From: Gonapodya sp. JEL0774
Lineage: Eukaryota
DNA: 30,028 nt
Direction: 5' to 3'
Assembly (NCBI GenBank): GCA_027604505.1
Contig: JADIIX010000004.1
Span: 310,001 to 340,028 of the forward strand
Shown: piece by piece, positions 15,701-26,942 of the stretch
Position numbering within the stretch: the stretch's first letter is position 1
Layout of the letters: each line of letters opens with the position of its first letter
Notes under the pieces: generated by a model
The model's input: only the letters and a program-made list of their open reading frames with translations
Databases searched by the model: none
Told to the model about the DNA's origin: nothing
Made by a program: the position numbers and the translations under genes

Positions 15701-16422
15701 TATGTTCATCCAAGGTGTTTCTTGTGCACCAGAGCTTCAACGCAACGCCCTCTACGAACTTGCGAAAATTTCCGTTTCGTGCCTCAGGTGGGTGCACCCT
15801 CTATCGTCAGCTTGGTTCGTGAGACATGCAAACATTATTTTCAGTGGCTAATATGTGTCTATTGTTTATTGCCTACAGTGACAAGCTCAGAGAGAAGAAG
15901 AAGGGGCCGGAAGGATCTTCTGACGTTAATGAGGTGGGTAATATTTGAGAGTTGAGGTGATTTGATATATCATTGATGTCCGACCGGTCAGATCCTCATG
16001 ATTCGGCTACTCAAGGCTGGGATGTACGTTCCCGCTTTCACTGATAGGCAACGATGGAACATCATGAAGTGCAGCGTAAGTGAATGGTCGGGCAATATCA
16101 GAAGGCTCTATGAGCTCTTGTTGATCATGTGCAAACATTTCCAATTGATGTGAAAAAGCAACTTCCACCAGAAAGAACTCCTCCTGATCTTTTTAAGTAC
16201 TTATCGGAACCCCCACGTCCCACCCGTGGTGACTCATCAAGCACACTCTGCGGCAGCATCTCTTGCATAACAGAGACGCCTACTCGCAAACCCAGTATCT
16301 CTACCACTGTCTCTAATCCTGACACTGACGGGCGGACACCCATCGTCCGACCCAAAGTTCCCAGAAGGATCGGAGGACAGGCACAGGCACAATGGAGCGT
16401 ACTTCAAGAGGAGGAGGCATAG
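12794..16422 (+). CDS. Large protein with a disordered N-terminus, an RRM-like domain and a helical C-terminal region
   Basis: A ~610-codon first exon (12794-14626) splices in phase to 14783-15038 (VLMLTNVPPDVGHIDLKALLQPFG, RNP2-like) and 15174-15493 (EVFVEV...VRAEESSQTALVKALFP...FVGKEEIAALNLWC). Later exons encode FFPRNPSIPFEQVCSILHKVPW, QRNALYELAKISV and LMIRLLKAGMYVPAFTDRQR, with an inferred last exon 16159-16422. Confidence 0.7.
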
Positions 16423-16541
16423 TCGACAATTTCTGCAACAAATCGTATTTTGATTCCATCCCATTCTTCAAATGACCTTGCATGAACAGCCGTTTGCATC
16501 CAATCTGATGTAATAAACCTACCAACAATAAACCCACAATT

Positions 16542-17984
16542 ATGATTCAAAGGCCAAAACGCAACAACGAACTCCGCGATGTGTCTTTCGACTCCCTAAT
16601 GAATCGAGCAATCGCCATCCCGATTCTGAATGTCTTGACCGTCGTGTTCGGGTACCTCTGCCTCTTCATTGTGTGGGCAATCGGCGGCCTTTTCATTATG
16701 CTATACCTAATGTTCCGAAGGCTGTGGCTGATTTTCACTGAGGGCACTCGGCTTTTCGACCTCTCTGGTGAGACGATCGTGGTAACTGGAGGTTCGTGAA
16801 GTGTGCCAATATTTGGGATGGACAAATGAGTGCCTGTGGTGATGCTCTCGCTCCTATCAAACATATCAAGGCTCCAGTGGTATTGGACTTGCGCTCGTTA
16901 CGTTTCTCTCTGCGCGATATCCGAACTGCACCCTCTGCGTCCTGGATGTGCAGCCGCTCAAATTGGATTCCTCACCACACCCCAACATCCGCTACTATAA
17001 ATGTGACATCTCGAACTGTGATGAAGTGTCTCAAGTTGCTAAAAAATTGCTGGAGGAGGCCGGCCCCCCTGCCGTGCTCGTAAATAATGCCGGCATTGTG
17101 CAAAGCGGAAGGACCTGGGAGCTTGATCCATCAAAAGTTCAAAAGTAGGGTGGTACTGCGGCATTTCATTCCGTTCTATTGTTTTGATCGAGTCAATCTG
17201 AGCTAGATTACTTTTGGCACTTAAACTGTCGCAGGGTTTTCGCGGTGAATGTTCTTGCACACTTCTGGACGATTCGTGCCTTTCTCCCTGCAATGCTCAA
17301 AAGAAACAAGGGACACATTGTAGGAGACTTAATCCGACTGAACTGTACTTTCGATGGGTCAACTTCCACCATTTTCTTGGTTAGGTCACCGTCGCTTCTG
17401 CCCTGGGAACAACAGGTGTCGCTGGCCTGGGTAAGCTTTCCGCCCAAGTGATTTGCCATTTTGTATCAGAATCAATCACTACCCTCTTAGCCGACTACTG
17501 TGCATCTAAATCAGCAGCGATTGGCTTGACAGAGTCCATTCGACAAGATCTTCGTGGAACGTAAGGGGAACGTCATTTCTGGTACTCTTCAGAGGGTGTC
17601 ATATGTTATCACTCTGCAGGAACATTTTTACGCACCTCGTAGCACCAGGTCTCGTCACCACGGATATGTTTGCTGCTGTCCACCCCATGACGATCCCATT
17701 CCTGACGCCACCTGTTTCGCCAGACGATGTGGGCACAAACTGTTGTTCTTTCTTCCCCTCTCGTTGCCAATGGAGCGTTTTTGTTTGCGTTTCAACTGTA
17801 TTCTTTTTTTTTATAGGTTGTCCAATCCCTGGTAGCAAGCATTGAACGGAATGAACATAGCGAGATCAAGGTGCCTTTTTACACGCACTTTGCTTTCCTC
17901 TTTCGAATCCTTCCGCCAAGGTTGGCCGATATGGTAAGGAATGCGTTTAGTGCAAACCAGATGTTGCATGGTGTGGAGCTTTAG
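16542..17984 (+). CDS. Membrane-anchored short-chain dehydrogenase/reductase (retinol dehydrogenase / 17beta-HSD11-like)
   Basis: Hydrophobic N-terminal segment, then spliced TG/GSSGIG, CDIS, LVNNAGIV, VNVLAHFWTIRAFLPAM, GHI/VTVAS and the catalytic YCASK motif. It ends ...NQMLHGVEL*. Confidence 0.93.
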
Positions 17985-18539
17985 GAGTAGTTTGCGTCCT
18001 TGAGCAAATAAGAATACGATATGTACTTTGCACGAGCTAGAATGCATGAAATGACTGCATCTAGCGTACATACGAAGCAATACGTATTTACAATAATCGA
18101 GTCTTCAAGCATTCGTAGGATATGATCGCATTCAGAGTTGGTCGCCGGTGTTCGACCAGTAGGCAAGTATCAATAATGACATCGGCTTGCAATATGCTCA
18201 GATTGTGTTGGGCGGACAGAAGGGGGGACGGGAGAGGTTAGAGAGTTTGTCTGCCGTGTCGATTGAAACATCAAACCAACAGTGTTTTCATCGTTGTTGC
18301 CTGAGACCTCCCGCCCAGAATGCCAAGACTCTTCTTCTTCTATGAGGCTCTCAGGGCCCAGAGAAAGGCAATTTTCATGATATGGATGGGAACGTTGATG
18401 GCAACCTCTCAGAAAGGTAAAAATATATACTCCGTCGATGATTCCTAATTCCACAAGCTGGGATGCACTCATTTGTATTTCTCGAATTTATATGTACTAA
18501 GATACGGGATACTGGGCGGAATTCAGTCTTGGCCCAACA

Positions 18540-18578
18540 TGAGCACGTGTTGTGAGATCCTCAGGGTGAGCACGTGCT
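18540..18578. promoter_or_regulatory. Tandem Pho4/NUC-1-like bHLH sites (TGAGCACGTG x2)
   Basis: CACGTG occurs at 18544-18549 and 18571-18576, each preceded by TGAG, about 90-125 nt upstream of the phosphate transporter ATG. Confidence 0.65.
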
Positions 18579-18667
18579 GCTCCATCACCACAACAAAGTT
18601 TGAGGAGAACAAAAAGAGAGTTTCAATTTCACCCCTCACACTACGGTCACACTCGCAATCCCACAGC

Positions 18668-21168
18668 ATGAGCGAACAAACTCTCCAGCCGAAGAATCAA
18701 GCCTTCGCGCACCTCGATGAAGCAAAGGTGTCGTTCGCTGCTTGCTTGGGTGCCTTCATCAAGTCCTGATGTTCCTCTGGGACTTTGACAGTTTTCTTGG
18801 GTGCATGTTCGCGCAATCTTGGTTGCAGGAACTGGTTTCCTCACGGATTCGTGCGTATTCGTCTTTCCCTTCCTGGAAGTCTTGATGGTGGTTTTTACCC
18901 AAATGTGGAATGCAGGTACGACAACTTCATTATCGGCCTTATCGTACCGTGCATTGCCTATGTCTACTACGTAAGTTGAGGATACTTGTTGCGATCTTGG
19001 ACTCTCGGTAACGCCCATTTGGTGGTCTTTTTTGCATCTTGCAGCCCGGAAGCAAGGGTGCCCTTAGCTCCGTGGAGGATGGGTTCATCAAGGCTGCTTC
19101 TTCCTACGGAAACCTGTGCGGGCAATTCTTTTTCGGTATCCTCGGAGATGTGTTTGGTCGTAAGAAGTGGGTGTCCCAGATTTCAGTAGTTTTTGACCAA
19201 CCGTCATCATCTAATGACATATTCCAGGATGTACGGTATCGAACTTATTATCTTGATCATTGGGGCCCTCGGCTGCGCCCTCACTGCCGCACCCGTTCGC
19301 TCCACACTGTCGTTCACCGCCATCCTCGGATTCTGGCGATTTGTTCTCGGCGTCGGTGTCGGCGGTGACTACCCAGTGTCAGCTGTCATCACATCCGAGT
19401 TTGCTAGTGTGAGGCGCCGTGGTCAAATGATTGCAATCGTGTTTGCAATGCAGGGTGTGAGTGATTGGACATTTTCATATATGTCCTCCGCTGCAGGGCT
19501 AACTTCAAATGCTCTAGCTTGGTATCTTGATGGGTGCGATTGTAGCGGTAGCCACCCTCGCTGCATACAAACCCCTCATCTTCCGCGACGAAGCGAACCC
19601 TGACTATCTTCAACTAGACCAAGTGTGGCGTGTCTTCGCGTGAGTGTCTGCCGCGGACTTGTTCCTTTTTAACTTTATTTAAATCAAACTCTGTTTTTCT
19701 CATTCAGTGGTTGGGGTATTATTCCTGCCATGGCCGCCGTTTACTTCCGTCTGACTATCCCAGAGACTCCTCGTTTCACTGTTGCCATTGATGGTGATGT
19801 CGAGAAGGCTGCAGGTATGTCCAGGTGAGGCAGGGGGCGGACCCTCCTCGTCATCCAAACTATTGCTTTTGCTATCGCAGCCGACTCTGCCAAGTTCCTC
19901 GCTGGCACTAACGAGATTCCAGTGGCGGGAGCTACAATCGCTGTTAACAAGCAGAAGGCTCAAGAATCTGCCAAGAAGGGGTACATTCAAAACTTCAAGG
20001 AATACTTTGGCGTTTGGAAGAATGCCAGGGTCCTTCTCGGAACATCCCTCACTTGGTTCTTCCTTGATATCGGATACTACGGAACCAATCTCGTGAGTAG
20101 TGCTCGACCAAAGTGGTTTGTGTTTGTTTTTGTTGCGTGGTCAAAACCATTCAAAGCGCGCTCGCACTATCTCATTCGTTCCCGTTCATTTCAATATCAG
20201 AACACATCCGTCATCCTCTCCGCCATCGGCTACGCGGACAAGACGAACCCTTACACCGACTTGTGGACTCGTGCTGTCGGTAACTGCATTATTGCTCTCG
20301 CCGGAAATGTACCAGGCTACTGGTTCACAGTTGCATGTAGGTGACTCTTATTTTCTTGAGGGAGATAACTCTCAATTCTGTATTTTATTTGTAGTGGTTG
20401 AGGTGGTCGGCCGAAAGCCCATACAATGTGAGGAGTTGTTTACAAGTTCGGCCCCCTCGCGTTGTGACTCACCGCACTCTTCTTCCCATCAGACATGGGC
20501 TTTTTCATGCTTACTTTAATTTTTGCTCTCATCGCGGGTCTCTACCCAACACTCAAAGAACACTCAGGTAAGTTCGTGATATGATACTATCGACTTATCC
20601 CCGTCTCACTCTGGATCCTGTCTTTGATAGCCGCCTTCGTGTTCCTCTACGCTCTCGCTCAGTTCTTCTTTAACTTCGGACCCAACTCCACAACATTCAT
20701 TATACCTGCCGAGTGCTTCCCTACTCGTGTTCGCTCTTCAGGGCACGGTATCTCCGCTGCCTCCGGCAAGGCTGGTGGTACGTAGTTCTTGGAAATGAGA
20801 CTAGGAGAAAACCTCTTCGTTGACTTTCATCGGCACTCCCCACAGCGATTCTCGCGGCCCAGGCGTTCTCCCTTATTGCCAACATTGGCGGTACCAACAA
20901 CAATGTACAGGCAACCATGGCTCTCTTCGCTGCGTGCTGTGCCGCTGGTTTTGTGTTCACTGTGAGTTGTTTTCGTGTGAGGAGATTTGGCGGCCACTGA
21001 CTGCTGGATGCTCTTGTACAGGCTTGGGTGCCGGAGACGAAGGGCAAGTCACTGGAGGCATTGGGAGGGGAGGATGAACTGTTTGCCCTGGACGATGTAG
21101 AGGAGGAGAAGAAGGACCTTCAATGTAGGTTTGCAGAGATGTCTCTTGGGCGAATGTTCGTTCCCTAA
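18668..21168 (+). CDS. PHO84: MFS phosphate:H+ symporter (PHS family, Pho84/PHT1-like), about 13 introns
   Basis: Motifs: [148 protein letters not shown]. The exact stop is uncertain because of a possible further intron at about 21125-21193. Confidence 0.95.
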
Positions 21169-21477
21169 ATTTGAGTTCCCTTTTGTTCCACAGAATCGCG
21201 GAAGTGGCATTTAGACTAGGACGAAACATGATACATACATAATACTAATCTGTGATTACAATAATTGAAACATACCATTAACTGATCTCCACCATTATCT
21301 GTCACATCATTTGAACCACCATTGTTCATTAGACACCATATCAGAGCGTGAGGAGCCGTCGTGCGTCGCAATTCATGACGGAGTGGTTCCTGTTTGTATG
21401 TGTTGTGCACGGGACACTGCATAGTGGAACCAAATTTTGAGGCTTCTTCACTCACGTTGAGTCAACCATTTTGATTG

Positions 21478-24023
21478 ATGCAGGGCGGTAAGGGAATTGC
21501 CCAGGTGAGCGTTTTCACCGATTCACGCTTGGCAGGATTCCGGATGTTCATTTCCAATCACTGCGTCTTCGCATCTTCACGTTCATTGTAATTGATCGAA
21601 TTACAGCGTTCCCCGGAATGGTACGCTGTGCGAAAAACGCTCATCACGGCATCAGAAGCTGTAAGCTGCCCTCGAGTGTCTGATGCGAATCGCACAATCT
21701 CATCAGACGGTGCTAGGGTGTCCTCCTCCGAAAGACTCCCGCTACCGTAGAGTCTTACTGTCATTCGTTCAATATCCCGATTTCAAAAGTTGCTGACAAT
21801 AAGCCAGTATCCTCTTTCAAATCGCGCAAAGGATTATTTGAGGAGAAGCTTGGGTTGAGACCGTCGTCGACAGGCTCGCGACTTACAGAATGGGGTACTC
21901 GTTATGAGCCCATGGCGGTCCGTTTCTATGAGAGGCTCAAGGGCGTTCAAGTGGAGGAGAGGGGTCTAATGAGGCATCCAGAGTGAGTACCTCATACGAG
22001 AATTGGACCTGAATATGCACTTTGGAGCCAGTCGAGGAGGGCGCTTTAAAGCGGGTTTGACCGCCCGGTTCCTTACCAGTTAGTCATTACTTCTTCCGAA
22101 TTCTTCAGACTCGATTGGGTGGCGGCCTCTCCAGATGGCTACGTTCCGGCCCACCCCTCACGGCAGGATTCATCGCGACTGTTACCAGAGCGTCTGATCG
22201 AAGTCAAATGTCCCTTTCAGCGACGACTGGACTCTTCCGTCGTACCGCTACAGTATTGGATTCAAATGCAGATACAGATGGAAGTTTGTGGAGTGGACCT
22301 GTGTGATTTCTTTGAAGTTAGGATTCGGGAGTATTGGTCTGAGGGGGACTTTTTGGCAGACTTCGTGTCGCCGAATTGGCATCGTGGGGCATACCTTATG
22401 GTTAATGATTCGAAGAGAAAGGCTTGGGAGAAAGCGACTTTGGCGGAGCAGAGCATTGGAGAGGAATTGGTATTGGACTTTGACTCATCCACAACATTGG
22501 ATCAAGCATCCGACTCCAACGCGCAGGTTCATGCCGTTATGAATGCCGATGGTTCTGTTGTAGATTATTCAATACCGTCAGAGACACGGGAGAACGACCT
22601 CGGTGGAACCTTTCGAGAACGAGGTCAACCGCAGTTCGCCCCGACCATTCTCCTCCCTCCAAAAGATATCATTCGACCCCAAGATTTCTCATTGTGGGTG
22701 CATACTCTTCTGAAACAGCAGTATCCTCCGTCGGACGTGCCAGAGTTGTCTATAGAGCAGCCAACAAAGGGGAAGGAGTCCCAGCTGGGCGATGCTCGTG
22801 GATTTCAAACTTATGCCAGCTTCTACCGCCCAAAATTCTACCATGTGGAGGCGTTCGATATTAAAACAGTGACGAGAGACCGTGTTTGGTTTCGAGGGGT
22901 GCGATCGCTCCTCGAGGCGAACGCAGAGGAGCTGCGGACTCGACTAAAGGATTTGGAAGAAGGGAGCGAGGGTCCGCCTTTGGATGACGATTCAGAAGAT
23001 GGATTGGTTGTGGTCTTGAGTGGAAAATCCGACTCGGAGTCAGACGGGCCACCAAACGGCCAGGGTGATCACCCATCGGTGGTGGGTGTTTCTGCGAGCG
23101 TACGAAGGAGCACCATAAAAGAGATGAAGCCGGGTATCAAGCACACCAAATCTTCCGAACGCCGCGACACTGCGGAAAGTCAGGATGAGCCATCGGGCAC
23201 AACTTCAGTCAATGCTCCTGGAAATTCAGGGGGAGATGCTGTCATTGTCGAAAATGTGCGGCCCAGTGTACTTGTAGCTGCTAAAATGGTGGAAGGTGAT
23301 GCATTGGTGGAAGTACAGCCTCAGAGGGATGATAATGTGCCTCTTTCGGATTTGGTCAAGACCAAGGCCAAGCGCTCGAAAAGACCAGCGAAACGCAAGC
23401 CAGAGGGTGGAACCGAGGAGCCGGACACGCATACACAAAGAAAATCCGAGCGTAGTACGAAAGGATCGAATTTGGAACAATTTTCTCGAGATGTTGAGGA
23501 TGGGCAGGAATCGAACGCTGAACCGAAACTAACTGCCAAACGTGTAGTAGGGAAGGGAAAGCGATCGAAACATGCCGGAGATGACTTGATTGTTGAACCT
23601 GTCGATGCCAACGCAGTGCTGCGAACACCTGAGGACAGGAACGCCGAAGAAGTGTACTCCGGTGAACAGCCATCGAGAAAGTCAAGGATCTCACGTGTGA
23701 CAAAAGATGCCGTTCAGAGCAAACAAGAGCGTCGCTACGACGCTTTGAAAGTAAGGGCTGGCGAAACAATTTTGCTCTCTATCAAGACACAGGAGATCGC
23801 GGATTCTTCCTCTTCGCAAAGGAAGGAAGGCAACAAGAATATAGACGGCGTCGTGGCTGTTGATGGAATTCACCGTAGCTCGCGAAGGAAGAGGACAAAC
23901 AATGAGTTGAAGCAGAGCTTGTCGGCGTTTGCACATCAGTATCCCGAAGACCTTATGGAAAATGAACAAGAACAAGCAGTGAACAAAGCGCTAAAGTTTC
24001 TTCACGGGAAGAGCGTTCGATAG
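21478..24023 (+). CDS. YqaJ-like viral recombinase / lambda-exonuclease family protein (PD-(D/E)xK) with a long disordered C-terminus, about 753 aa
   Basis: Exons 21478-21504, 21607-21660, 21717-21982 and 22109-24023 (GT-AG, in phase; 2262 nt). Motifs: Q/RSPEWYAVRKTLITASE, WGTRYEP, GLMRHPE/LDWVAASPDG, LIEVKCP, YWIQMQIQMEVCGVDLCDFFE, and a later VTRDRVWF. Confidence 0.9.
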
Positions 24024-24246
24024 CAGGGTCACGTTGTATTTATGTAAGGAGAATACACTCTTTGTTCCGAAAGAGTAATCGTGGAAGGAGATGACGTTAT
24101 CATCCAATGAGGCTGAGGTGCTCAGCACACCATGCTATCAGTCATTTTTTGATGAAATTGAGTCCAAATATTTAAGGATCACTGCGGGCACCATTTCTGC
24201 AGAAACGCCGCACATACATTACATACATATCTGACATCACAGAATC

Positions 24247-26942
24247 ATGCGGATTTCCAGTCTCCCGTTTGAAGTCTCCCCTTCAAAGCATGCGACTCTC
24301 AAGGTCTTTCCAGTGGTGGAAATCGCTTCTCACAACTCGCCGTCAGATGCGTGGATGATCATTGATTCCGTTGTACGTATCACCGCGGGATTTACGGATC
24401 ACCCATTTTCCGCCTAAAATCGGCCTTCACTGTACACATCGGCCTCTCATCTTCTCTATCTGAACAGGTGTATGGTTCGTGGGCTCGCGCGTAATGTTGA
24501 TTAATCATTGCGGGATTAACACTCCGGGCTGTCTGCGACACCAAAAAAAAGATGTCTCTACATTCGCGGAACTTCACCCAGGCGGTACAAAGATTTTGCT
24601 CGAATACGCGGGCAAAGATGCTACAGAAGTGTACTGTGCATATACACTCATTGACGCGTATTTCATCTTGGGATCGACACACTGATCTTTGTTATCCGAA
24701 CCAGATGGATATCACCGGCATGATGTGCTTCTCAAATTCGGACCGAAACTTGTCATCGGCACTGTTGCCAATGGTGCACGGAAAGTTTCGGTAAGCTACA
24801 GGGACCTGACATTGTGGAATATTTCAAGCTTACGGGTCGTTATCACAGAATAATCGGGAAGAATACAGCCAGATCCCATACGCTGAACCTCCTCAAGTCC
24901 GACCAGGCCTTGTGCCCTCTCCGTATTACAATGAATCGCACGTCAGACTTCGCAAAGTAATGCGGAGGTTTGCAGAAGAACACGTTCGAGAAGAGGCTAC
25001 CGCAGGAGAGGAAACCGGGGCAAAGCCTTCCAAAGAGCTCCTCACCAAGCTGGCGTGAGTGGTGGAGAACGGGGGGGCTGCGACAAAACGCTCTATTTCT
25101 CTCACCTGGCTTCAGTAAAGAGGGAGTATTTTTAACGAGACTCGGTCCTGGGCCGCACCAAGAATACTTAGCAAACATGGGCTACAAGCTTCCAGCCGGC
25201 ATTGCTTGGAATGAATTCGATCTTTTTCATGAACTTATTGTGACAGAAGAGCTCGCAAGACTTGCGACCCCCGGCTTCTGTGAGTAGGTTATCCTCTCCT
25301 GGCAGTGGAAACGTCATATTGATGCCCATATCGAATTGCAATTACTCAGTTGATGGCCTTGGTACGGGCCTTGTTATTGGACTTCCACCTGTCTACAAGC
25401 GAGTCATTAGTAAAGGACCTGCGATTTGTGATGAATCCATTAACGCAAAGAATTTCACGCAGCTTTGGGCAACCCAACCTCAAGGAGAAAGTTGTCCGCG
25501 AGGTCATGTCGGGCGAGAAGACCATCTGCCTTGCCATTAGGTAACACCTTGCCGGTCCGCGCTGAGATTCATTCCTCGTAATTGCCCCTTGGTGTTCAAT
25601 CTTTTGTGGTTAGTGAACCTAGTGCCGGTTCCGATGTTCAGGGAGGAATTCGAACAACTGCAGTATTGGACGAGACCGGAAAGTTTTTCGTTGTCAATGG
25701 GGCGAAGAAATGGATTACAAACGGACTGTGGGCGGATTACTTCACTACCCTTTGGTGAGAATATTACGTCCCTTTCTTTATCCCGTCTTACGTTGGTACT
25801 CGTATTGCGCGCGGTCTCCATTTCACGCAGTCGCTCAGCGACTGGCATGACGATGCTTCTCATCCCTCGAGGGCCGGGTGTAGAAACGAAGCCGATCAAG
25901 ACCGCATACTCTCTTTCCGCGGGAACGGCATACGTAACATTGGAGGACGTGAAGGTGCCTGTAGAGAACGTCTTGGGAGAAATCGGCCAAGGAGTGAGAG
26001 TGACTTTGACCAACTTCAATCACGAACGATGGTTTATCACGGCAGAGGTATCTTGTTCCAGCCTGATGTTGTGGAGAGCCCCATGCAACGTTTTTTCATC
26101 CAAAGGTTCACCGGCTCACACGACTCCTTATCGAGGAGTGCACCAAATGGGCAAATCAGCGGAAAGGTATGACCGTTCGCCGTACTGCTGCGTACGTATT
26201 CCTTGCTCCAAATTGTTGTCAAAGTTTTTGGAAAAACCCTTATCGAGCAGCCGGTAATCCGAGAGAAATTAGGCCGCATGATCGCCAATGTACGTTTCGT
26301 CGTGTGCTCCTCACATTTGAAATGACTGGATTGCTGTTCTATGTCACTCATGTTTGCATCCATGCTCCTTCAGGTCGAGGCGGACGGTGCCTGGCTTGAA
26401 GCTCTCACTTACCAGGTTAGTGGCGAACGCTTATCTTCATTGTAAATTTTAAAAGCAGAATTCCTCCCTGTGTCTGAAATTCAGATGAGCAAAATGGTGT
26501 ACTCTCAGCAAGCTGAGCACTTGGCAGGACCTCTCGGATTACTGAAATACAAGGTGGTGTCTTAATAGAGCGAACGCCGTGTCTCACCTTAATGAAACAA
26601 GTTCTTCCCAGGTTACACGAACGGCAAACATCGTGTCTGACGATGCAGTACAGATATTCGGTGGCCGAGCCATGTGAGTTTTCCCTCCTTCAGTGACTTA
26701 TCCTCAATTGGTCACTAAATTCCTTTGATATTAGAACGAGGACAGGAATGGGCCGGGTCATCGAGCTATTCCAACGATTCTACAAGCTTCCGTCAGTGTA
26801 TGGAGGCAGTAAGTAGTGATGTGTATTTTTTCGTGTTGTGTTTTTTCATTGACGTTTCATTCAATTACTGACAGGCGAAGAGATCATGGTCGATTTGGGA
26901 GTGCGTCAAGCGATGAAGAAGATGCCCAATGAAAAGTTGTAA
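24247..26942 (+). CDS. Acyl-CoA dehydrogenase with an N-terminal cytochrome b5-like domain, about 16 introns
   Basis: b5 domain: EIASHNSPSDAWMIIDSV/VY/DVSTFAELHPGG...YAGKDATE. ACAD motifs: PSPYYNESH, CLAIS/EPSAGSDV, NGAKKWITNG, NFNHERW, QRK/VFGK, AVQIFGGRA, YGGS/EEIMVDLGVRQ. It ends NEKL*. Confidence 0.95.

Noticed and set aside
21170..24240. YqaJ gene as part of a transposon or endogenous virus
   Set aside because: No terminal repeats, target-site duplication, transposase or other viral genes were seen, and the flanks are short ordinary intergenic regions.
26048..26105. GTATCTTG donor as a possible U12-type intron
   Set aside because: It does not match GTATCCTT, and there is no TCCTTAAC branch site.
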